From: Propionibacteriaceae bacterium
Lineage (GTDB): Bacteria > Actinomycetota > Actinomycetes > Propionibacteriales > Propionibacteriaceae
DNA: 36,292 nt
NCBI GenBank assembly: GCA_035257925.1
Contig: DATEWO010000236.1
Span: 1 to 36,292, forward strand
Direction: 5' to 3'
This document shows positions 8,469 through 16,801 of this stretch, piece after piece. The notes under the pieces are model-generated. The model saw nothing but the letters and a program-made list of their open reading frames with translations. It had not been told where the DNA came from and made no database searches. A program made the translations under genes and the position numbers. Numbering within the stretch: the stretch's first letter is position 1; each line of letters begins with the position of its first letter.

Positions 8469-11132
8469 CTACAAGACTCGGGCCAGGGGGTCGCGTTGAT
8501 CCGCTGTGGGTGTGACGAACACTCGCGCACCCAGTACCGAGATCGAGCCAACTGAGGCCACACAGGGTCGAAGGGTAACCGAAGCCAGCTGGGGAATTGC
8601 GTCGGCCAGTTGGGCTATCCGGTGCAGCAAGTCCTCAATTCCTGCGATGTCGACTCCAGGCGCGCCGTGGCGACCAAACAGCGTTGGGGCAGCCTTCAGC
8701 TCCCGAACCATTTCCGCGGCATCAACCGCTGTCAATGGTGGCACGCGGTAGACGGTGTCGCCGAGCAACTCGCTGGGAATGCCGTCCAGACCGAGCGAGA
8801 CGATGGGCCCAAACGCGGCATCCTCGCGACTGGTGATGATCAATGCCACGCCGGGTGGCGCCATCGCCTGGACGACCGGCATCGCCACTGACAGGTCTTC
8901 GTCGTTGCCAAGGCCGATTTCGGCTATGAGTTGCCGCAGATCCTTCCAGGCGGCGATCATCTCTGCGGCGTTGTCGATGTTGCGGTGCACGCTGGCGAGA
9001 TCTGGTCGACCACGTAGGGCGCTGCTGGTCGCCTTCAGGACGACATTCCAGCCCAGCTGATCACCAGCTGCAACTGCGTCGTCCAAGCTGGCGACTGCGA
9101 GCTGCGGCACCAGATTGATCCCGTACGTACCCAGCAGCTCAGCGGTCTCGGTCTCCATCAGCTCTCGGCCTGCCGGCTGCGTTGCCAGAATGCGGTTGAC
9201 AAACTGCTTTGCGGCTTGGGTATCCACCTGCACCATCGGCACTGCACCAGGGTCCCGGCGACACCATTCGGCGTAGTTAGTAAGAGCGGCCAACGCCTGG
9301 ATGGCGTCGACGGATCCATCAAACCTGGGCAGCAGTCCCGGTATGTCCGGGTCTGCGCCGCTCATCAACGGCGGATGAAAGTCCAAAAACACTCCGATCA
9401 GCGGCTTGGAAGCTTCGGCAGCGACGTTCTCCAGAGCCAGAATGATCTCCGCTGTGCCTTCATCGAAAACATTCACGGCCGCGCACACCACCGAGTCATA
9501 CCGCTGATCAGCTAGCGCCGCACGCGCTGCCTGCACAAACTCCGCCGGGCCAGCCTCGGCTCCGAGCAGCTCTGGCTGAGGGTCGCGGAGCAATCCGACT
9601 GACTCCATCTTCTGCAGCATCTGGTGAGCGAGCGTCAGGGAATTGGTGATAATCCGCACTCGCGGGCCGGACGGCAACGGCTGTCGTGCTGCGATCTTGG
9701 CGATGTCGATCATGTCACCACGGCGATGCACCACCAAGATGCCGGCCTGCCGGAAGAGAGCATCTACCGCCTCTTCCGCGGAATGGCCAAGCCCGCCTCG
9801 TACCCCAGCATGATCAGCTCGATGGGTACGCCCCGGCGCGAACACGACGACGGGCTTATGGCGGGCCAGCTGCCGGGTGATTCGGGAGAACTTTCTCGGG
9901 TTGCCGATTGAGTCCAACGTGAGCAGGCAGACCCGGGTGGCCTCGTCGTCCCCCCAGTACTGCATCACGTCATTGGCAGTTACGTCGGCATAGTCACCCG
10001 TGCTGATGAAGGTGGACACACCTAGGTCCTGACGCACGGCGTCGTTGAGCAAGGCGACACCGACAGCCGAAGACTGGCAGAACAAACCCGCTCCCCCGGC
10101 ACGTGGCATGGGTCCGGGCGTTGCGTTCAACTGAACGGTGCGCAGGGTGTTGATGATGCCGAGAGCGTCCGGACCAAGCGCCCGAATTCCATACGCCCGC
10201 GCCAGATTGATGATCTTGAGATTGTCACCAGCGACGTAGTCGGTTCCGGTCAGCACCACCATGCCGTGTGCGCCCTGGTGTGCCGCCTCGATCACGACTG
10301 CACCCAGCTGGTTCGTCGGCACTGAGACGATCGCCAGATCCAGACCGCCCGGTACCGCGGCGATGGAAGCAGCGTTGGGCACGCCAGCAACCGGAGCACC
10401 ATCGATGCTGACTGCCACCACCTCGCCGCTATAACCGCCGTGCACGATCGAATTGATCAGGTCGCGCACTCGATCACCTTGTCCGTACACTGCGATCCGC
10501 TGCGGATTGAGCAGCCGTCGCACCGAGGCACTTTCGGCACGATGCTCGCGGCGTGCCATGACGCCAACCGAGGTGTCGGTAGGCAAGATCGGAAACTCGA
10601 CAGCGAGCACGCCATCTTCGACGGCCTTGGACACGCGGTAACCGGCGTCAGCAAACACTTTGGCCATCCGCCGGTTCTCCGGTAACACTTCGGCGACGAA
10701 GCGGGTGATTCCACGTTCCCGAGCAGCCTGCGCCAGATGCTCCAACAGCAGCTGAGCAATCCCGCGGCCCTGATGGGCATCCTCGATCAGGAACGCCACC
10801 TCAGCGTGATCACCTTCAGTGCGGTCGTAACGCCCGACCGCGATCATGTCCTCACCGAGGGTAACGATGAAGGCCACCCGGTCCACATAGTCGACCTCGG
10901 TGAACAGCTTCACGTCTCGATCAGTCAGCCGCGGATAAGGCACGAAGAAGCGGAGGTACTTCGACTCCGGCGAGACCCGTTCGTAAAAAGCGACCAGCCG
11001 CTCAGCATCGGATGGCCGGATCGGCCGCAGATGCGCTACACCGCCGTCGGCCAGCAGGATGTCGGCTTCCCACTCTCGGGGGTATCCGGGCGGGTCCGCG
11101 TCAATATTTCCCCGGGCCTGGCTCACGGACAC
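8469..11132 (-). CDS. GNAT acetyltransferase fused to acetate-CoA ligase-like domains (Pat-type protein lysine acetyltransferase)
   Basis: N-terminal GNAT (AEVAFLIEDAHQGRGIA), CoA-binding domain, LFCQSSAVG, GNPRKF and a C-terminal ATP-grasp-like region (DAAFGP). Start GTG 11132 lies 7 nt after TAGGCT. Confidence 0.85.
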   Translation of the reverse strand: MSVSQARGNIDADPPGYPREWEADILLADGGVAHLRPIRPSDAERLVAFYERVSPESKYLRFFVPYPRLTDRDVKLFTEVDYVDRVAFIVTLGEDMIAVGRYDRTEGDHAEVAFLIEDAHQGRGIAQLLLEHLAQAARERGITRFVAEVLPENRRMAKVFADAGYRVSKAVEDGVLAVEFPILPTDTSVGVMARREHRAESASVRRLLNPQRIAVYGQGDRVRDLINSIVHGGYSGEVVAVSIDGAPVAGVPNAASIAAVPGGLDLAIVSVPTNQLGAVVIEAAHQGAHGMVVLTGTDYVAGDNLKIINLARAYGIRALGPDALGIINTLRTVQLNATPGPMPRAGGAGLFCQSSAVGVALLNDAVRQDLGVSTFISTGDYADVTANDVMQYWGDDEATRVCLLTLDSIGNPRKFSRITRQLARHKPVVVFAPGRTHRADHAGVRGGLGHSAEEAVDALFRQAGILVVHRRGDMIDIAKIAARQPLPSGPRVRIITNSLTLAHQMLQKMESVGLLRDPQPELLGAEAGPAEFVQAARAALADQRYDSVVCAAVNVFDEGTAEIILALENVAAEASKPLIGVFLDFHPPLMSGADPDIPGLLPRFDGSVDAIQALAALTNYAEWCRRDPGAVPMVQVDTQAAKQFVNRILATQPAGRELMETETAELLGTYGINLVPQLAVASLDDAVAAGDQLGWNVVLKATSSALRGRPDLASVHRNIDNAAEMIAAWKDLRQLIAEIGLGNDEDLSVAMPVVQAMAPPGVALIITSREDAAFGPIVSLGLDGIPSELLGDTVYRVPPLTAVDAAEMVRELKAAPTLFGRHGAPGVDIAGIEDLLHRIAQLADAIPQLASVTLRPCVASVGSISVLGARVFVTPTADQRDPLARVL

Positions 11133-11151
11133 GGCCAAAAGCCTACGCAAT

Positions 11152-11290
11152 GTTTGATTGCTCGCTCCGCTCGCTGCGGATCGCGCTCTGGAGCCCGCCT
11201 ACTTCGTCGTCACTCGGGGACGAAAGAAAAGCGTGTCCCCTCGCTCCCCCTCAGCACAGCGGCGCGCGATCCGGGGTTTGATTGCTCGCT
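11152..11290. repeat. Structured intergenic element with 15-bp terminal direct repeats and nested inverted repeats (REP/MITE-like)
   Basis: GTTTGATTGCTCGCT at 11152-11166 and 11276-11290; CGGATCGCGC (11177-11186) pairs with GCGCGATCCG (11264-11273); GGGGAC (11216-11221) pairs with GTCCCC (11235-11240). Confidence 0.7.
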
Positions 11291-11376
11291 GCTGCGGTTG
11301 CGTTGCTGCCAGGTTTCGAGGGCAATGGCCAGTTGGGTCATGTTCATGAGGAGCGCGCAGGAATAGTGTTCAAGCC

Positions 11377-12891
11377 ATGGCCGACTTCGTCGCTGCAATC
11401 GATCAGGGTACGACGAGCACTCGCTGCATGATCTTCGACCACTCAGGGCGCGAGGTCGGAAAGTACCAGCTCGAGCACCAGCAGATCCTGCCCCAAGCAG
11501 GATGGGTGGAGCACGATCCAACAGAGATCTGGCAGCGCACTCAAGAGGTAGTCCAGCAAGCCTTGGCAGAGAGCGGCCTTGGTGCCACTGACCTCGCGGG
11601 GCTCGGGATCACCAACCAGCGTGAAACGACGGTTGTCTGGGATCCCGTCACAGGTGAGCCATACGGGAACGCAATCGTCTGGCAGGACACCCGTACGGAC
11701 AAGATCGCCGCCGAGCTTGATCGGGATGGTCGTGGTGATGTCATCCGGCACCGGGCCGGACTGCCACCAGCCACGTACTTTTCCGGCGGCAAGTTGCAGT
11801 GGATCTTGCAGAACGTCGACGGGGTTCGCGAGGCCGCCGAACGCGGCCGCGCCAAATTCGGCACTACTGACAGCTGGCTGTTGTGGAATCTGACCGGCGG
11901 TGTTGACGGCGGACAGCACGTCACCGACGTGACCAATGCCAGCCGCACCATGCTGATGGATCTGGAGAAGCTGGACTGGGATCAAGAGTTGCTGAGTTTC
12001 TTCGGCATCCCGCGGGAGATGCTGCCCAGTATCCTGCCGTCCTCCGATGCCGCGGCGTACCAGCGCACTCGTGCAGACGGCCCGTTCGGCGCCGAGGTGC
12101 CGATCGGTGGTGATCTTGGGGACCAACACGCAGCTATGGTCGGCCAGGTGTGCCTGCGGTCCGGCGATGCCAAGAACACCTACGGCACTGGCAATTTCTT
12201 ACTGCTCAACACCGGCGAGCAGCTGTGCCGCTCGAGCAACGGCCTGCTCAGCACCGTGTGCTACCAGTTCGGTGACGCCGCGCCGGTCTACGCCCTCGAA
12301 GGCTCCATTGCCGTCACCGGCTCCGCCGTGCAATGGCTGCGCGACCAACTCAAGATCATTCGCGATGCCGCGGAGATCGAGACGCTGGCGCGCCAGGTCG
12401 ACTCTTCCGCGCACGTGTACTTTGTGCCTGCGTTCTCCGGACTCTTCGCGCCCTACTGGCGTTCTGATGCCCGCGGCGTCATTGTCGGTCTCTCCCGCTT
12501 CCATACCCGAGAGCACATCGCCCGAGCGACGCTGGAAGCAATCTGTTACCAGAGTCGCGATGTCGTGGAGGCAATGGAAAAGGACGCGGGTATTCAACTC
12601 GACGAACTCAAAGTTGATGGAGGGGTCACCGCAAACACACTCTGCATGCAGATACAGGCCGACACGCTCGGCGTCGAGGTGAGCAAGCCGGTAGTGGCGG
12701 AGACAACGGCACTGGGTGCGGCGTATGCAGCCGGTTTGGCCACCGGATTCTGGTCCTCACCGGACGACCTCCGGGAAAACTGGCTGGAGGATCAGCGCTG
12801 GGTCCCGCAGATCAGCGAAGAGGAACGCGCGGCGGGTTACGCCGGGTGGCAGAAGGCCGTACAACGAAGCTTGGACTGGGTCCAGGTTTAG
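11377..12891 (+). CDS. glpK: Glycerol kinase
   Basis: [59 protein letters not shown] and ETTALGAAY. Confidence 0.97.
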   Translation: MADFVAAIDQGTTSTRCMIFDHSGREVGKYQLEHQQILPQAGWVEHDPTEIWQRTQEVVQQALAESGLGATDLAGLGITNQRETTVVWDPVTGEPYGNAIVWQDTRTDKIAAELDRDGRGDVIRHRAGLPPATYFSGGKLQWILQNVDGVREAAERGRAKFGTTDSWLLWNLTGGVDGGQHVTDVTNASRTMLMDLEKLDWDQELLSFFGIPREMLPSILPSSDAAAYQRTRADGPFGAEVPIGGDLGDQHAAMVGQVCLRSGDAKNTYGTGNFLLLNTGEQLCRSSNGLLSTVCYQFGDAAPVYALEGSIAVTGSAVQWLRDQLKIIRDAAEIETLARQVDSSAHVYFVPAFSGLFAPYWRSDARGVIVGLSRFHTREHIARATLEAICYQSRDVVEAMEKDAGIQLDELKVDGGVTANTLCMQIQADTLGVEVSKPVVAETTALGAAYAAGLATGFWSSPDDLRENWLEDQRWVPQISEEERAAGYAGWQKAVQRSLDWVQV

Positions 12892-12927
12892 TGGTGTCGC
12901 GCAGCAACGACAAGAGGAGTGGTGGAT

Positions 12928-13938
12928 ATGGCAGCGGTGGCTCAGCCCAGGATCAAGGAATCGGTGGCGCCAGATCCAGCCCGCAATCTCGCGCTCGAGT
13001 TGGTCCGTGCCACCGAGGCGGCGGCGATCAACTGCTCCCGTTACATGGGTTTCGGCGACAAGAACCAGGTGGATGGCGCAGCCGTTGACGCCATGCGGCC
13101 GGTGCTCGGTTCGGTGCGCATGAACGGCATCGTGGTGATCGGTGAGGGCGAGAAGGACGAAGCCCCCATGCTCTTCAACGGTGAGCGGGTCGGCGACGGC
13201 TCGGGACCGGAGTGGGACATCGCTGTGGACCCGGTCGACGGCACCACACTGACCGCCAAGAGCTTGCCCGACGCTGTCAGCATCATCGGCGTCTCGCCCC
13301 GTGGCACGATGTTCTCCCCAGGCCCGGCCGTTTACATGCAGAAGCTGGTGGTTCCAGGGGAGGCTGCCGCCGCTGTCGATCTTGATGCGCCGATCGGAGA
13401 CAATCTCGCCAAAGTCGCTGAGGCGACCGACCGCGCTGTCTCCGAACTGACAGTCTGCGTCCTCGACCGGCCACGACACACTGACCTTGTTGCGGACATT
13501 CGTGCGGCTGGTGCTCGGATCAGGTTTCTGCTCGACGGCGACGTGGCCGGTGCAATCATGGCCGCCAGCCCGTCTACCGGGGTGGATCTGCTGGTTGGCG
13601 TCGGTGGCACTCCCGAGGGCGTGCTCGCGGCATGCGCGCTTCGCTGCCTCGGTGGCGAGATGTTCGGACGGCTGATCGCCCGCAACGAGGCTGAGCGGGC
13701 GGCAATCCTTGACGCCGGTTTCGATTTCGATCGAGTCCTCACCACCACGGACTTGGTTTCCGGTGACAACGTGTTCTTCGCTGCCACAGGTGTCACCGAC
13801 GGAGCATTGCTACGGGGGGTGCGATTCGAAAGCCACCGCATTGTGACCCAGTCACTGTCCATGCGGTCCCGTTCGGGCACGATCCGGCTGATCGAGGGTC
13901 GCCATGACCCAGAACGCTCCTTCCTGGTCAATCCGTGA
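12928..13938 (+). CDS. glpX: Class II fructose-1,6-bisphosphatase
   Basis: RNLALELVRATEAAA, VVIGEGEKDEAPML, DIAVDPVDGT, DGDVAGA, GGTPEGV and FAATGVTDG. SD AGGAG 8 nt before ATG 12928. Confidence 0.95.
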   Translation: MAAVAQPRIKESVAPDPARNLALELVRATEAAAINCSRYMGFGDKNQVDGAAVDAMRPVLGSVRMNGIVVIGEGEKDEAPMLFNGERVGDGSGPEWDIAVDPVDGTTLTAKSLPDAVSIIGVSPRGTMFSPGPAVYMQKLVVPGEAAAAVDLDAPIGDNLAKVAEATDRAVSELTVCVLDRPRHTDLVADIRAAGARIRFLLDGDVAGAIMAASPSTGVDLLVGVGGTPEGVLAACALRCLGGEMFGRLIARNEAERAAILDAGFDFDRVLTTTDLVSGDNVFFAATGVTDGALLRGVRFESHRIVTQSLSMRSRSGTIRLIEGRHDPERSFLVNP

Positions 13939-13945
13939 CGACGTG

Positions 13946-15658
13946 ATGTTCTCCACCACCTCCCCACTGAGTCCGACAGCCAGGGCAAGCGCACTGGACC
14001 GGCTGGCGAGCGACGACCTGGACATTCTCGTCATTGGTGCGGGGGTCACAGGCTGCGGCTGTGCGCTCGATGCGGTCACCCGCGGGCTGCGCGTCGGGCT
14101 GGTCGAGGCCCGTGATTTCGCGGCTGGTACCTCGAGCCGGTCCAGCAAGTTGTTTCACGGCGGGCTCCGCTATCTGGAGCACCTCAACTTTGCCTTGGTC
14201 TTCGAGGCCCTCAAAGAACGCTCGCTCGCGCTCAACAAGCTGGCTCCACATCTGGCCAAGCCCGTGCCGTTCCTGTACCCGCTGATGCGGCCGGTGATCG
14301 ACCGCGGCTACGGAGGCCTCGGCATTGGTGTGTACGACGTGCTCGGTGCTGGGCGCGGGGTACCGCAGCATATGCGGCACTTGAGCCGGAAACGCACGTT
14401 CGAGTCCTTTCCCTCCGCGAATCGCGAGACGGTGATCGGCTCGATTCGGTTCTACGAGGGACAGGTCGACGACGCCAGGCACACTCTGATGATCGGCCGC
14501 ACGGCGGCGCACTACGGCGCGGCGGTCGCCACCAGTACTCGGGTGATCGGTTTCCTGCGTGAGGCGGACCGCGTTGCCGGCGTCACGGTTCGTGATCTTG
14601 AGTCCGGCCGCGAGTTCACCATTCGCGCCAAGCAGACGATCAATGCGGCAGGGGTCTGGATCGACGAGCTCCAGGAGATGCTGGGCGGTCGGGGGCAGTT
14701 CCGGGTCCGCGCGTCTAAAGGCATCCATCTCGTAGTACCCCGGAACCGCATCAACTCCATGACGGGATTGATCACCCGCACCGAGAAGAGCCTGCTCTTC
14801 ATCATCCCCTGGGGTAGTCACTGGATCATCGGCACCACCGACACCGACTGGCAGCTCGATCGGGCCCATCCCGCGGCCAGCCTGGCCGACATCGACTACC
14901 TGCTGGAACGCGCCAACACATTGCTGGCTGACCCACTGAAACGCGAAGATGTGGTCGGCGCTTACGCCGGCCTGCGCCCGCTGCTGGCCGGCGAATCCGA
15001 CTCAACCTCGAAGCTCTCCCGAGAGCATGCCGTCGCTTCGCCCGTCCGCGGCCTGGTCACCATCGCCGGCGGCAAGTACACCACCTATCGGGTGATGGCC
15101 AAGGACGCCGTTGACGCGGCCGTGCGGGACTTGGACAAGAAGGTGCCGGCGTCCTGCACGGAGGAGGTGCCGCTACTGGGTGCCGACGGCTATCACGCCT
15201 TGTGGAACGCGCGGCCCCTGTTGGTCGACGAGACCGGCCTGCGTGACGTGCAGGTCGAGCACCTGCTCAACCGTTACGGCTCCTTGCTGCCAGAGCTTCT
15301 GGACATGATCAAATACTCTCCGGAGCTGGCGCATCCGTTGGAGGGTGCATCGGAGTATCTCAAGATCGAGGCCGTCTACGCTGCGTCCCACGAAGGTGCC
15401 CTGCACCTGGACGACATCCTGGCCCGGCGTACCCGCATCTCGATTGAGACGTGGGACCGCGGTTTGGCCGCGGCACCGGAGGTCGCCCGCCTGGTTGCTC
15501 CCATCCTGGGCTGGGAAGCGGCCGATGTTGATCGTGAAGTGGAGCACTACCAAAAACGGGTTGCGGCCGAGCGCGAGTCACAAGACCAGCCGGATGATCT
15601 TTCGGCCGACGCGGCCAGGCTGGGAGCACCGGACGTCCGGATGGGACGCGTCCACTAG
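13946..15658 (+). CDS. glpD: FAD-dependent glycerol-3-phosphate dehydrogenase/oxidase
   Basis: DILVIGAGVTG, GTSSRSSKLFHGGLRYL, GQVDDAR, SKGIH, AGLRPL and GGKYTTYR. Start placed at ATG 13946, just after the glpX stop. Confidence 0.95.
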   Translation: MFSTTSPLSPTARASALDRLASDDLDILVIGAGVTGCGCALDAVTRGLRVGLVEARDFAAGTSSRSSKLFHGGLRYLEHLNFALVFEALKERSLALNKLAPHLAKPVPFLYPLMRPVIDRGYGGLGIGVYDVLGAGRGVPQHMRHLSRKRTFESFPSANRETVIGSIRFYEGQVDDARHTLMIGRTAAHYGAAVATSTRVIGFLREADRVAGVTVRDLESGREFTIRAKQTINAAGVWIDELQEMLGGRGQFRVRASKGIHLVVPRNRINSMTGLITRTEKSLLFIIPWGSHWIIGTTDTDWQLDRAHPAASLADIDYLLERANTLLADPLKREDVVGAYAGLRPLLAGESDSTSKLSREHAVASPVRGLVTIAGGKYTTYRVMAKDAVDAAVRDLDKKVPASCTEEVPLLGADGYHALWNARPLLVDETGLRDVQVEHLLNRYGSLLPELLDMIKYSPELAHPLEGASEYLKIEAVYAASHEGALHLDDILARRTRISIETWDRGLAAAPEVARLVAPILGWEAADVDREVEHYQKRVAAERESQDQPDDLSADAARLGAPDVRMGRVH

Positions 15659-15666
15659 GGCGTGCT

Positions 15667-15691
15667 GACGCGCTGTTCGGACAGGCGCGTC
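15667..15691 (+). terminator. GC-rich hairpin after glpD (possible terminator lacking a U-tract)
   Basis: GACGCG-CTGT-TCGG-ACAG-g-CGCGTC, starting 8 nt after the glpD stop. Confidence 0.45.
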
Positions 15692-15778
15692 GGGTCAACA
15701 ATGGACTCGCCGCACACCCTCTGGCGACACTCTCCTCACCTGGCCCCAGACGTTGTCGGCTCAGCGTAAGGTCACGGC

Positions 15779-15850
15779 ATGCCCATCACTCCGACCACCT
15801 GGACCTGCTGCGGCCTACGCATCCCGGTTAACGGAAACAGGCTGGCATGA
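15779..15850 (+). CDS. Putative leaderless small ORF / leader peptide MPITPTTWTCCGLRIPVNGNRLA (23 aa)
   Basis: TAAGGT -10 (15767-15772), 6 nt, then ATG. The stop overlaps the CHAD start (ATGA). Confidence 0.4.
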   Translation: MPITPTTWTCCGLRIPVNGNRLA

Positions 15851-16704
15851 ACGAAAAGCCTGGCAGCGTTCGCGACCTCATCGGCGATTACATTGCAGAA
15901 CAATGCACGGTCATCCTCGACTCCGAGGCTGAGTTGCGTGCCGGTGAAAACGTGGTTCACACGACGCGGGTGGCGGTACGCCGGTTGCGCAGCACGATCC
16001 GGGTGTTCGCCGACCTGTTCGACGCCTCCGAGGCAGAGCATCTGGAAGAGGAGCTGGTGTGGTGGGCGGGCCTGCTCGGCCAGGTAAGGGACCTGGACAT
16101 CCTGGCCCAAAGGCAAGCCGCACTGCTGGCCGAGCTGCCGGCTGAACTGGTCCTTGGCCCGGTTGCGTCGACCATCGAGGCTGAGCTGGCTGTGCAGCGC
16201 AAACAGGCGGCCGATGCGATGGTCCAGGCACTGGACTCTGAGCGCTACCGGAAGCTGATGGGTCTGATGTATCACTGGCGAAGCGACCCGCCACTTACTC
16301 CGGCCGCCGATGTCTCCGTCGACGCGATCGATCCAATGATCAAGAAGGCTCAGAAGAAGGCGCGCAAACGGCTGACGACCGCGGTTGCGGCGCGCCGCGG
16401 CGGCGAGCCATCAGATGAGCTGTTCCATCGGGCTCGGAAGGCGTCGAAGCGCTATCGGTACGCGGTGGAAGCTGCCCAGCCCGTCTGGGGCAGCAAAGCT
16501 GACAAGATCGTTTCGGAGCGGAAGGACCTGCAGGACCTGCTAGGGAATCACCAGGATGCGATTGTGAGCGCTGCCTTCCTTCGCGAGCTCGGCGCCCGCC
16601 TCGGGATCCGGTCAGGTCAGAACGGGTTCAGCTACGGAGTCCTCTATGCCCGCGAGGTATCCGCCCGCGATTCGCTGCTGGACGACCTCAGGCCCTTCCT
16701 CTAG
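15847..16704 (+). CDS. CHAD domain protein (polyphosphate-binding family), standalone
   Basis: VHTTRVAVRRLRS, LGQVRDLDIL, LFHRARKASKRYRYAVE and LQDLLGNHQD. Confidence 0.88.
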   Translation: MNEKPGSVRDLIGDYIAEQCTVILDSEAELRAGENVVHTTRVAVRRLRSTIRVFADLFDASEAEHLEEELVWWAGLLGQVRDLDILAQRQAALLAELPAELVLGPVASTIEAELAVQRKQAADAMVQALDSERYRKLMGLMYHWRSDPPLTPAADVSVDAIDPMIKKAQKKARKRLTTAVAARRGGEPSDELFHRARKASKRYRYAVEAAQPVWGSKADKIVSERKDLQDLLGNHQDAIVSAAFLRELGARLGIRSGQNGFSYGVLYAREVSARDSLLDDLRPFL

Positions 16705-16801
16705 TTCAGGCCGGTACCCGCCGCAACGTGTCGACGCTGCAATCGAGAGCACTGGTGCCAGACTGAAATAGCGAGACTGCAGGGAGGAGAATCTGCGTTC
16801 G

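Noticed and set aside
11152-11290. Possible mini-CRISPR array or tRNA
   Set aside because: Only two 15-bp repeats with a 109-bp structured interval; no cas genes and no cloverleaf or T-loop motif.
11338-11349. TCATG-TT-CATGA palindrome upstream of glpK as a glycerol operator
   Set aside because: 5-bp arms are too short to distinguish from chance, and no regulator is nearby.
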